Shown: in pieces, positions 38,039-46,745 of the stretch | Layout: every line of letters begins with the position of its first letter | Numbering within the stretch: the first letter of the stretch is position 1 | Source of the DNA: Candidatus Krumholzibacteriia bacterium | GTDB lineage: Bacteria > Krumholzibacteriota > Krumholzibacteriia > Krumholzibacteriales > Krumholzibacteriaceae | Length of the DNA stretch: 64,000 nucleotides | Assembly (NCBI GenBank): GCA_963836185.1 | Contig: CAWIIQ010000002.1 | Location: forward strand, 128,001-192,000 | Reading direction: 5' to 3' | Made by a program: the position numbers and the translations under genes | Notes under the pieces: model-generated | Databases searched by the model: none | Seen by the model: the letters and a program-made list of their open reading frames with translations, nothing else | What the model was told of the DNA's origin: nothing

Positions 38039-39166
38039 ATGAATGACAGCCGATTACCGATAAGAGTGATGTTTGTCGTGCCGTGCTTCGGGTACGGGGG
38101 CCTCGAGCAGGTCATCCTGAACATCGTGAGGGACCTGGACCGCTCGAGGTTTACGCCTTCGTTCTGCTCCCTTGTCGTTCCTGAGCCTGGCCTGTTCGAA
38201 GATCTTAAGGCACTCGACCTCGGATGCCACATCATCGAGAAGGGCGACGGCATAAAGCCTTCCCTGCCGCTGAAGCTCGGCAGGCTTTTCAGGGCCGAGC
38301 GGATAGACATCATAAATGCCCATGATATCGGCGCTACGATATATGCGGCGCCCGCTGCCCGGCTCGCCCGGACCCCCGCGTTCATCCACACCGATCACAG
38401 CCAGATCCTGGCGAAAACGAAATACCCAGGCGTCTACAGATGGATATGGAAGAACCTCGTCGATTACTCGATAACAGTCTCGGAGGATCTTGAGCGGCAC
38501 CTGGTCTCGAGGTACGGGGTGGATTCCGGCCTGGTACGCACAATACCGAACGGGATCGATACCGGCCGGTTCGCCGGCGGCGGAGGCACCGGCGAACTGC
38601 GGAAAGAACTCGGGATAAGCGAGGGGGACAGGGTGATAGGGACGATAGGGAGGTTGATGAGGCAGAAAGGGATGCCTTACCTGCTCGAGGCCTTCAGAAT
38701 ACTGCGGCAGGGAGCTTCCGATACGACACTGGTCATCGTGGGAGACGGCGAGGAGAGGGCCGGCCTCGAGCAGCGCGCCCGGGAACTCGGCATAAGCGAC
38801 AAGGTCGTCTTCGCGGGGATCCGCAGGGATATTCCCGATCTTCTCGCGATGTTCGACATCTTCACCCTCGCGTCGTTATGGGAGGGGCAGCCGATCACGA
38901 TCATGGAGGCGATGGCCGCGGGAAGGCCGATCGTCGCGACAGACGCGGGAGGCAGCGCGGAGGTCCTCGACGACGGAAGGTGCGGCATCATCGTGCCGGT
39001 CAAGGATCCCGGGGCCCTGGCCGGATCGATCCGGTCTCTCCTCGACGATCCGGAACTCGCGGGCAGGTTCGGCGAGCGGGCCCGGGAGCGCGCGGAGGCC
39101 GAGCTCAGCTCTGCCGCGATGACGAGGAAGTATGAAGATGTCTTCGGATCTGTCCACGGCAGGTGA
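38039..39166 (+). CDS. GT4-family glycosyltransferase
   Basis: 'GGLEQV', 'IPNGID', 'IGRLMRQKG', 'SLWEGQPITIMEAMAAG'. Confidence 0.92.
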   Translation: MNDSRLPIRVMFVVPCFGYGGLEQVILNIVRDLDRSRFTPSFCSLVVPEPGLFEDLKALDLGCHIIEKGDGIKPSLPLKLGRLFRAERIDIINAHDIGATIYAAPAARLARTPAFIHTDHSQILAKTKYPGVYRWIWKNLVDYSITVSEDLERHLVSRYGVDSGLVRTIPNGIDTGRFAGGGGTGELRKELGISEGDRVIGTIGRLMRQKGMPYLLEAFRILRQGASDTTLVIVGDGEERAGLEQRARELGISDKVVFAGIRRDIPDLLAMFDIFTLASLWEGQPITIMEAMAAGRPIVATDAGGSAEVLDDGRCGIIVPVKDPGALAGSIRSLLDDPELAGRFGERARERAEAELSSAAMTRKYEDVFGSVHGR

Positions 39167-39184
39167 GGGAAAAAAGACTGGACA

Positions 39185-39200
39185 GGGTACGTAAGTTGCA
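39185..39200 (+). promoter_or_regulatory. Candidate sigma54 promoter for the kinase-RtcB operon
   Basis: GGGTACGTAAGTTGCA (GG-N10-GC; compare consensus TGGCACG-N4-TTGCW), 55 bp upstream of 39256. Confidence 0.55.
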
Positions 39201-39255
39201 TAAGATGGTCGATAATAGGAAGTTAATAGGGATTGTAGAGTAATCGACTACGACC

Positions 39256-40323
39256 ATGGATGATATTCACATCAAGCTGGGCTCGTTGCCCGTCCGGATA
39301 AGTTCAGACGACGGGGACTTTCTCGAGTATACCCTCAGCCATTTTGCGCCCGTGACGATCGATCCGCCTGCACGGTGCGCCGTCGAGGCGCGCTTCACCC
39401 GGGGCCCCTGCGAAGAGGAGCAGACCGCGCTTGCCCGGTACGACCGGATCGGCAGGGGGATCTACACCGATGGAAAGACTGTGATCTGGAACACGGTCCC
39501 GTATTTCCCCGCGATGACGATGAGCTTCCTGTTCGAGGGAGAGACGCTGGCCGTCAGGGCGTATCAGAATACTTCCGGATCGATGAAAAGCACGGTGAAG
39601 AATCTCGTCAGAGCGATCTACGGCCAGTCGGAGAGCAGGAGCGTCTTCTATTTCGAGCTGCTCTACTATCTCGTCTACTACCCGGTGTTCCGGATGCTTT
39701 CCGACAGGGGGATCCATGCTCTTCACGGCGGCGGGATAGAGGCGCGCGAGAAGCGCATCGTGGTGGTGGGGGCACAGGGAACAGGCAAGTCGACGCTCAT
39801 AGCCAACCTGCTCGCCGGGTCCGGTTCGCGTTTCCTCTCCGACAACATCATCCTTTTCGACAGCAGGAGGGTGTATTCATGTCATGAGCCGGTACGCCTC
39901 GATACAGGCATGCTGGATAATGATCCCCTGCTGAGGGAGATGGTGTCGAAGATCGACCTGGATGTGCCTCTAGGGCGGACGGCTGGAAATGTCCGCCGGG
40001 AATCGTATATCGAGTCGATGGAGCCGGATATATTCATCATACCGAGGATAACCCGGTCGGCGACATCGCTCGAACCGTGCACGAAAGAGGATGTAGTCCG
40101 AAAGGCATTGTATTTCAACAGTCTTGCCGACGAGGTAAGATCCTTCGATATATTCGCCTCGGTCCTCGGGCAGGTCTTTCCCCCGAAGCTGCCTCCCTGC
40201 AGCGGGGCAGAGGCCCTCAGCGCGCTTCTTGAGGGCAGGGAGTTATACGAACTCGGCATCGGATACGGTGAGGATCCCGGGGTGACCGCGCGTGCCTTCA
40301 TCGAGAGTGTGACCAATGAGTGA
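39256..40323 (+). CDS. HPr-kinase-related P-loop kinase
   Basis: 'LHGGGI', Walker A 'GAQGTGKST', then 'FLSDN' matching the HprK acidic motif. Confidence 0.7.
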   Translation: MDDIHIKLGSLPVRISSDDGDFLEYTLSHFAPVTIDPPARCAVEARFTRGPCEEEQTALARYDRIGRGIYTDGKTVIWNTVPYFPAMTMSFLFEGETLAVRAYQNTSGSMKSTVKNLVRAIYGQSESRSVFYFELLYYLVYYPVFRMLSDRGIHALHGGGIEAREKRIVVVGAQGTGKSTLIANLLAGSGSRFLSDNIILFDSRRVYSCHEPVRLDTGMLDNDPLLREMVSKIDLDVPLGRTAGNVRRESYIESMEPDIFIIPRITRSATSLEPCTKEDVVRKALYFNSLADEVRSFDIFASVLGQVFPPKLPPCSGAEALSALLEGRELYELGIGYGEDPGVTARAFIESVTNE

Positions 40324-41746
40324 TGACAAGATAAAGCTGCTCTTTGACGAGTCCTTCGATCCCGACGAGAGGCTGATCGCCTCGCTGAAGGATATAGCCG
40401 GTATCGACGACGTGCATATGGTAGTCGGCATGGTCGACCTGCACCTGAAGAAGAATACGGAGAATCCCTCGAGCGTCGCTATCGCGACGCGCGAGAGGCT
40501 CATCCCCAAGCTTTCAAGCGTGGCCCAGAACTGCGGGATGGCGATCGCGGCGACAAATCTCACGACGGGCGATGCCGGGGTGGAGAGGCTGGAGGAGCTC
40601 TTCGGCAGGATGAGGGCCGAGGATGACACGCTTATGCGGCACCCGGGGATGAGCGTCGAGGATATGAGAAGGGCCGCGTGCCTCGGAGCGCCCTGGGCGG
40701 CGGAAAAGGCGGGGCTCCCCGTTGATTTCCCGGAAAATATCGAGTTCGGGGGAGCCGTCGGCAGGACCGATCTGCTTTCGTGGAAGGAGCTCGGGAAACT
40801 GGTCCCGCGTTATTCCCTCGATCGCGGAAGGTACGGGTTCGGGGTGATTCCGGCCGGCAACCATTTCCTGGAGATACAGGCGGTGGACGAAGTGATCGAC
40901 GGGGAAGAATGCGAAAGGCATGGTATCCGCGAGAACGGGATCATGATAATGATCCATTCCGATGGAGGCCTCATATCAGACGATATAGGAAACCTGTACG
41001 GGAACCGGACGACCGCGAAGGGATACATCAGGGCTCTTTATAACGTAAGGAAGACGGCCCTGCATCTTCGCGACTGGCGGGGGGTGGAGAACTGGAAGGA
41101 AAAGAAGGAGTATTACTTCGGCGCTGGCAGGTATATCCAGATCTCCCCAGGGACGGATGAGGGGAAGCGGTTCCTCAAGGCGAAGGACCTTTCGATGAAT
41201 GCCGGGTATGCTTCGAGAGTGACTACGATGGGAAGGGTGAAGAGGCTCATGGGAGAGGTCTTCCCCGAGGGGCCGTTCGATATGCGACTGCTCTGCGATT
41301 TTTCACATAATTCTATTTTCCGCGAGACGATCGACGGCAGCCCCGTGTGGGTGCACCGTCACAACGCGTGCAGAGTCGTAGAAGGACAGCTCGTATTTCT
41401 GCCCGGATACAGTAATACATCTTCGTATATCTGCGCAGGTTCTTCCGGCGCCCGCGATTTCCTCAACACTATGGATCACGGGGCCGGGAAGACGATAGAC
41501 CGGTTGAAGAAGAAGGGACTCGTGCGTGAGCTCGGAAACGGACGCGTCACGAGGAGCTACAACAATGAGTCACCGGAACCGAAACAGGTCCCTCATGTGT
41601 CCGACGAAGGCATAGACGCGGTTATCGAATCACTGGGCCGTAACGATATCGTGAGGCCTGTCGCGAGGCTGAGGCCCATGGCCGGTTACCGCTATCTCTG
41701 GAAGGGCCGGCTGGCACGGGCACGAGAGAAGATAACGGCCGGCTAG
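40316..41746 (+). CDS. Divergent RtcB-family (GTP-dependent ligase-like) protein
   Basis: RtcB motifs in the expected order: 'VDLH', 'NCGM' (C73), 'GNHFLEIQ' (H183), 'IHSD' (H214), 'SHN' (H331), 'WVHRHNA', 'LPG', 'DHGAG' (H388), 'ARLRP'. Confidence 0.85.
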   Translation: MSDDKIKLLFDESFDPDERLIASLKDIAGIDDVHMVVGMVDLHLKKNTENPSSVAIATRERLIPKLSSVAQNCGMAIAATNLTTGDAGVERLEELFGRMRAEDDTLMRHPGMSVEDMRRAACLGAPWAAEKAGLPVDFPENIEFGGAVGRTDLLSWKELGKLVPRYSLDRGRYGFGVIPAGNHFLEIQAVDEVIDGEECERHGIRENGIMIMIHSDGGLISDDIGNLYGNRTTAKGYIRALYNVRKTALHLRDWRGVENWKEKKEYYFGAGRYIQISPGTDEGKRFLKAKDLSMNAGYASRVTTMGRVKRLMGEVFPEGPFDMRLLCDFSHNSIFRETIDGSPVWVHRHNACRVVEGQLVFLPGYSNTSSYICAGSSGARDFLNTMDHGAGKTIDRLKKKGLVRELGNGRVTRSYNNESPEPKQVPHVSDEGIDAVIESLGRNDIVRPVARLRPMAGYRYLWKGRLARAREKITAG

Positions 41747-41758
41747 GGCGCTGTAAGG

Positions 41759-42397
41759 GTGTTGTTGCGGACTATGAACCAGACTGGCGGCGGCGAATAT
41801 AAACTGCTCTTTCTCCTGCCCGTTTTCCCTGACACAGGCAGGGTCCTCCTGCTCGACATCGGATCAGACAGCCTGGAGCGGCGGCTCTCCGCAATGGGGA
41901 TAGAATGCCGCACGGGAAGCGTTGATGACGTGTCGCGGGATGACGCCGGCGCAGGCAGGTTCGATTTGATCGTCGCAGGCAGGATGCCGTCGGGCCGCCG
42001 GGCCATGGATATGTTCAAGCGATCGGTCGGCGGCCTTCTTACAGGTACCGGCTGGCTGGTCGTCGTCTCGCCGAACAGGTTCGGATACTCGAGGCTGGCG
42101 GGCAGAGGCGGGGGCGGCGCTGGCAGCTCGCTCGGCGCGATGCGGGGAATGGTTAGAAAGATGGGATTTACCGACATCCACATATATTCTCCGGTCCCGG
42201 ATACGGCCAATCCATCGGCCTTCATCTCGCTTTACGGATCGAATTCGCTCGAGTTCCTTCTCGGGCAGTTTCCCGATTTTATCTCGGCCCGGTCGGGCCC
42301 CGTAAGGGGTATCCTGTCGTTATTGATACGGACCGGCATATTCAGGTACGTCCAGAATTACTACGCGATAGTCGCCGGCGGGCGGGAACAGGTGTAA
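41759..42397 (+). CDS. Class I SAM-methyltransferase-like protein (degenerate motif I)
   Basis: 'LLLDIGS', 'FDLIV', 'LLTGTGWLVVVSPNRFGY', 'MGFTDI'. The start may be the ATG at 41774. Confidence 0.55.
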   Translation: MLLRTMNQTGGGEYKLLFLLPVFPDTGRVLLLDIGSDSLERRLSAMGIECRTGSVDDVSRDDAGAGRFDLIVAGRMPSGRRAMDMFKRSVGGLLTGTGWLVVVSPNRFGYSRLAGRGGGGAGSSLGAMRGMVRKMGFTDIHIYSPVPDTANPSAFISLYGSNSLEFLLGQFPDFISARSGPVRGILSLLIRTGIFRYVQNYYAIVAGGREQV

Positions 42398-42411
42398 GAA
42401 ACAGGATCCGC

Positions 42412-43416
42412 ATGTTGTTCTATCTGAAAAATATGATCGCCGAACGCCTCGGTATCCGCGACACCGATGAAGCTGTGGTGACGAGGGTAGAGGCAGGCAC
42501 AAAAGCGGTCCTCTTCTTCTTCCTCGAGAGGGGAAGCATCGTGCCGTCTATCGTAGTCAAGGCGGCAAGCGATCCCCGTTTCAATGATGAGCTGCGCGGT
42601 GAAAGTGCGAACCTAGGATACCTCAGGGATATACTTTCAGATGGCCTGGGCGGCGGCGTTCCCGCAGTCGAGGCCGACGGGGAATGGATGGGGCTGTACT
42701 ACTACGCCCAGCGTTATTTTCCCGGTGTCATGCTCGACGAGACGATCGACGACGTCGAGCCTTCCGGGGAGGGGACTGGTCCCGGGAGGGGATTACGGGC
42801 CGCCTGGCGGTGGCTTGATGATTTCCAGGAAGCGACGGCGTCGGAGCCGGTCATGCTCGGCCGGTCCGGTCTCGATATCTTGTTCGGCTCGTACAGGGAA
42901 GCCTTCGCCCCGGAAGGGGACGAAGCGGCATATCTCGGCAGTCTCGAGAAGAGGCTGGCGGACCGCCATGAAGGGGAGACAGGCATGTCCGCCTGTCACG
43001 GGGACTTCTTTCCCGGGAATATCATCCTGTCCGGCGACCGGGTGACCGTGATCGACTGGCGGTTCCTGCGCAGGTCGTACAACCGGTTCTTCGATTTCTT
43101 CACCCTGCTCCTGACGTTTTACGCGTCCGAGGGTGGAGTGACCGACTATGATGATCACGAGGGGCATTTCAGGAGACTTTTCTTCGAGAAGCACTGGACC
43201 AACGATCTGTTCTCCGGTCTCTGCCGCGAGTTCCTGGAACGAAACGGGACCGATGCCGGACTGTTCGGACTGATGCTTGAACTGACCCTTCTCGAGTGGT
43301 CCGTCAGGGAGTTCAGATCCAGCGGAACGACAGGGGAGATGGACATCATCTGGCGCACGAGATTCCTGTACCACATGAATAACAGGGATCGCTTCATCCT
43401 CGGGAGCGTGGAGTAG
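42412..43416 (+). CDS. Aminoglycoside-phosphotransferase/choline-kinase-like small-molecule kinase
   Basis: 'IVVK', Brenner motif 'CHGDFFPGNII', 'VIDW'. Confidence 0.8.
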   Translation: MLFYLKNMIAERLGIRDTDEAVVTRVEAGTKAVLFFFLERGSIVPSIVVKAASDPRFNDELRGESANLGYLRDILSDGLGGGVPAVEADGEWMGLYYYAQRYFPGVMLDETIDDVEPSGEGTGPGRGLRAAWRWLDDFQEATASEPVMLGRSGLDILFGSYREAFAPEGDEAAYLGSLEKRLADRHEGETGMSACHGDFFPGNIILSGDRVTVIDWRFLRRSYNRFFDFFTLLLTFYASEGGVTDYDDHEGHFRRLFFEKHWTNDLFSGLCREFLERNGTDAGLFGLMLELTLLEWSVREFRSSGTTGEMDIIWRTRFLYHMNNRDRFILGSVE

Positions 43417-43419
43417 GCG

Positions 43420-45537
43420 ATGTCGAATGCGCGGAAAAAGATACGTATTTTCTCACCCCGGGAGATTGCTTTCAGGCTTTCCGAGAAGGTGCGTTTCCGC
43501 CGGGAGAGACGAGGGAAGAGGCCGCAGGTCGAGATCACGCGGGAATACCACGGCCTGAAGGACAGGTTTATACCCGTGGGGCTGTTTCCGTTCACGGGAG
43601 AGAAGGAATCGGTATGCGGCATGTGGCGCGAGGTTTTCCCCGGATCGGCAGAGGGAGAGATCGCTCTCGCTGACGGTATTCTGGAGAACCGTATTCCCGT
43701 CTTTTCGGAAAAGGTCGACTATGGCGACAGGGTGGACTGGCACCTTGATCCGGTCTCCGGGACGAGGTCGCCCGTGGTCTTCTACCGCGACATAGATACC
43801 TTCGATACATCGGTGGCGGGAGATCCCAAGCGTATCTGGGAACTCAACAGGCACGATTTCTTCATCCATCTCGGGAAGGCATACTGGATAAACGGCGATG
43901 TCAGGTATTTTGATAAATGGCGCGAATTGATCGTGTCGTGGGTGGAGGAGAACCCGTACCACATGGGGATCAACTGGGAGAGCAGCCTCGAGATGGCGTT
44001 CAGGTCGATCAACTGGATATGGTCGTCGTACTTCTTCGCGGACCGGCTGGAGGCCGACAGAGAGCTCCAGGAGCTGATTTTCGAGACTTTGTACCTGCAG
44101 GCGGACCATATCAGCAATCACCTCTCGTATTTTTTCAGTCCCAACACCCATCTGACAGGGGAGGCGCTGGGGCTCCTCTACATCGGCAGGGTGTATCCCG
44201 CGATGAAGCCCGCTGCCGCCTGGGTCTCGACGGCGGTCGATATCCTCGAAACGGAACTCGAAAAGCATATCCTCGAGGATGGCGGATATTTCGAGATGGC
44301 GACCTACTATCACAGGTACACGATCGATTTCTACCTGCATTTCTTTCTTCTTTCGGGCGGGGTCGACGGCCCGGGCCTGAAGAGGAGAGAGTATTTGAAG
44401 AAGATGGTCCGTCACCTCGTCCTTCTCTCGGAACCTGACGGGACTATTCCCCTGCTGGGCGATTCAGACGGCGGCCGGCTGCTGATGCTCGATGACCTGA
44501 AACGAAATGTCAGTGGCGCATGCTGCAGCGCGGCTGTGATACTGGGAGACGGTGAGCTCAAGTCGCTCTGCGGCTCCAGGTTCAGCGAGGAGACGATGTG
44601 GCTCCTCGGAACGGGGAGCAGGGAGAGGTTCGATGGACTGGCTGCCAGGCCGCCGGTACATTTCCATTCGATCAATGACAGTACGGGCCTGTACTGCTTC
44701 AGGAGCGGGATGACGGAGGATGACTCGTACACCCTGATCGACTGCGGTCCGCACGGCTGGAAGGGATGTGGGCACGCGCATGCCGACCTGCTCAGTTTCA
44801 TATGGTACAGCGGGGGGGAGATGGTACTGACCGATCCCGGCACCTTCACATATACAGGATCGCGGAGTATCCGCGATCAGTCCCGCAGCAGCTTGAGCCA
44901 CAACACCATCTCGGTCAACGGGCGCTCGCAGTCCGTTCCGGGAGAGCCGTTCAGGTGGAAGAGCGTCGCTGCCCCGAAATATGCCCGTGTCAGGGTAGAC
45001 AGGGAGTGCGGGAGGTTCGAGGGAGAGCACGACGCCTGGGAGGAGTTCGGCTGCGGCCACAGGAGATCGCTCTACTTCCTCGGCTCCTCCCTGACCGTGG
45101 TGATCGACGAGCTCAGCGTCTCCGGGCCGCTCGATTCGATCCTGTATAACCTGCAGTTCGGCGACGGGAAACTGAGCGAACTCAGCGGCGGCATTTTCAG
45201 GTTCGATGGAAAAGGGAGCGGCGGGAGCCGGTACGTAAGGATAATCGCCGGAGAAAAGGTCAGGGTCGACATCCGCGAGGGAGCGTTCTATCCTGACTAC
45301 GGGAAGAGGGTAGCGGCGCCGAGGCTCGAAGTGACAGCAGACCGCATCACCGAAGACCTGATGATCGTCACGCTGCTGAGCCCTGATGAGGAACTGGCCG
45401 GCAGTTTCCGGTGGAAGGATGGCCGCCGGATGGAAGGGTCCTCGCGGGCGGGCAGCTACATGCTGGAGTGCCGCGACAGAGAGATAATAGCTTTCAGGGA
45501 CGGAGAACAGGTTCTGCCTGGAAAGGTGCAGGCGTGA
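43420..45537 (+). CDS. Heparinase II/III-like protein
   Basis: 'DPKRIWELNRH', 'GINWESSLEMAFR', 'SPNTHLTGEA', 'GDSDGG', 'GHAHADLLS', 'DPGTFTY', 'HNT'. Confidence 0.9.
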   Translation: MSNARKKIRIFSPREIAFRLSEKVRFRRERRGKRPQVEITREYHGLKDRFIPVGLFPFTGEKESVCGMWREVFPGSAEGEIALADGILENRIPVFSEKVDYGDRVDWHLDPVSGTRSPVVFYRDIDTFDTSVAGDPKRIWELNRHDFFIHLGKAYWINGDVRYFDKWRELIVSWVEENPYHMGINWESSLEMAFRSINWIWSSYFFADRLEADRELQELIFETLYLQADHISNHLSYFFSPNTHLTGEALGLLYIGRVYPAMKPAAAWVSTAVDILETELEKHILEDGGYFEMATYYHRYTIDFYLHFFLLSGGVDGPGLKRREYLKKMVRHLVLLSEPDGTIPLLGDSDGGRLLMLDDLKRNVSGACCSAAVILGDGELKSLCGSRFSEETMWLLGTGSRERFDGLAARPPVHFHSINDSTGLYCFRSGMTEDDSYTLIDCGPHGWKGCGHAHADLLSFIWYSGGEMVLTDPGTFTYTGSRSIRDQSRSSLSHNTISVNGRSQSVPGEPFRWKSVAAPKYARVRVDRECGRFEGEHDAWEEFGCGHRRSLYFLGSSLTVVIDELSVSGPLDSILYNLQFGDGKLSELSGGIFRFDGKGSGGSRYVRIIAGEKVRVDIREGAFYPDYGKRVAAPRLEVTADRITEDLMIVTLLSPDEELAGSFRWKDGRRMEGSSRAGSYMLECRDREIIAFRDGEQVLPGKVQA

Positions 45538-46646
45538 CGGTATCCGGCAGCGCGCAGACAGAGAACTATCCCGTACGGGAGGGATCCTCGCCGATGACCG
45601 GCCTGTACCTCTTCATCAAGAGGTCGTTCTACCGGGTCTGCAAGTGCCTCGGCCTGTTCAGCCTTGCCCGGCGCCGTGCGAGAGGAAAGCTCAGGATAAT
45701 AACCTACCACGGATTTTCGCTCGTCGACGAGAGCCGGTTCCTTCCGCGGACATTCATCGATCCTGCGACCTTCCACGAGCGTATGGCGCTGTTGAAGAGG
45801 AAAGGATTCAGCGTCCTCGGTCTGGAGGAGGCGCTCGGCCTGCTCTACGGCGGCGAGCTGCCGGCTGATCCGGTCGTTATCACTATCGACGATGGTTTCT
45901 ACAGCACATGGCGCGCCGCCTGGCCGGTCCTCAGGGAATTCTCCTATCCTGCGACCGTCTACGTGACTTCGTACTACGCGGTAAAAGAAAATCCCATATT
46001 CGGGCTCGCTGTCGATTACATATTCTGGAAGACCGACAGGACGGAATTCGATTCCGACGGCCTGGGACTGCCCTTCGGCGGCGTAATCCCGATCCGGGAT
46101 ACCCGTGAAAGATCTCTCGCCGCCAGGGATGTGATCTTCTTCGGCGAGAAGAGCCTGAGCGAGGAGGAACGGGTGGCCCTTTCGGAGAGGCTCGGAGAGA
46201 GGCTCGGGGTGGACTATTACGGGGCCCTCGCAGAGAGCCGGATACTGAGCATCATGAATGCCGGCGAGATCGGTGAACTTTCGAGGGCCGGCATCGACAT
46301 CGAGCTTCACACACATCGCCATGATATCGGCACGCGACGGGAGGACGCCGTGCGGGAGATAGGTGAATGCCGCGCCGTGCTCGAGCCCATCACCGGCAGG
46401 AAGCTGGAGCATTTCTGTTTTCCCGGCGGCCGGTGGTCCGGGAGCCATCAGGCGTGGCTCGAGGAACTAGGCATCCGGAGCGCCGCGACGTGCGACAGGG
46501 GACTGAACGATCGATCGACGTCGAGGTTCGGGCTCAAGCGTTTCGGTGACGACGCGGCCCTGTCGCGGATCGAATTCGAGGCAGAACTTTACGGTTTCGC
46601 GGAGGCCATAAGGTCCATCCAGGCCCGGCTGCGCCGGGGCAGCTGA
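45534..46646 (+). CDS. Polysaccharide deacetylase (CE4-like)
   Basis: 'IITYHG', 'VVITIDDG', 'ELHTHRH', 'FCFPGG'. The GTG start at 45534 overlaps the upstream stop. Confidence 0.88.
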   Translation: MTVSGSAQTENYPVREGSSPMTGLYLFIKRSFYRVCKCLGLFSLARRRARGKLRIITYHGFSLVDESRFLPRTFIDPATFHERMALLKRKGFSVLGLEEALGLLYGGELPADPVVITIDDGFYSTWRAAWPVLREFSYPATVYVTSYYAVKENPIFGLAVDYIFWKTDRTEFDSDGLGLPFGGVIPIRDTRERSLAARDVIFFGEKSLSEEERVALSERLGERLGVDYYGALAESRILSIMNAGEIGELSRAGIDIELHTHRHDIGTRREDAVREIGECRAVLEPITGRKLEHFCFPGGRWSGSHQAWLEELGIRSAATCDRGLNDRSTSRFGLKRFGDDAALSRIEFEAELYGFAEAIRSIQARLRRGS

Positions 46647-46680
46647 AAAAAGTCGAAAGCCGCCGCATTTGAACGATAAG

Positions 46681-46696
46681 TGGCATCATTATTGAT
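46681..46696 (+). promoter_or_regulatory. Sigma54-like promoter variant upstream of asnB
   Basis: TGGCATCATTATTGAT: strong -24 element, -12 TTGAT instead of TTGCW, correct spacing; 50 bp before the ATG at 46746. Confidence 0.4.
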
Positions 46697-46745
46697 TGTC
46701 TGATATTTATTGCGGAGAAACAGGAAATCGGTCCGGGGGAGAACC

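Noticed and set aside
40316-41746. Standard rtcBA or RtcB2-PrfH RNA-repair operon
   Set aside because: E. coli rtcBA is sigma54-dependent, but no rtcA, rtcR or prfH is nearby and the motifs are atypical. It is kept only as the alternative hypothesis.
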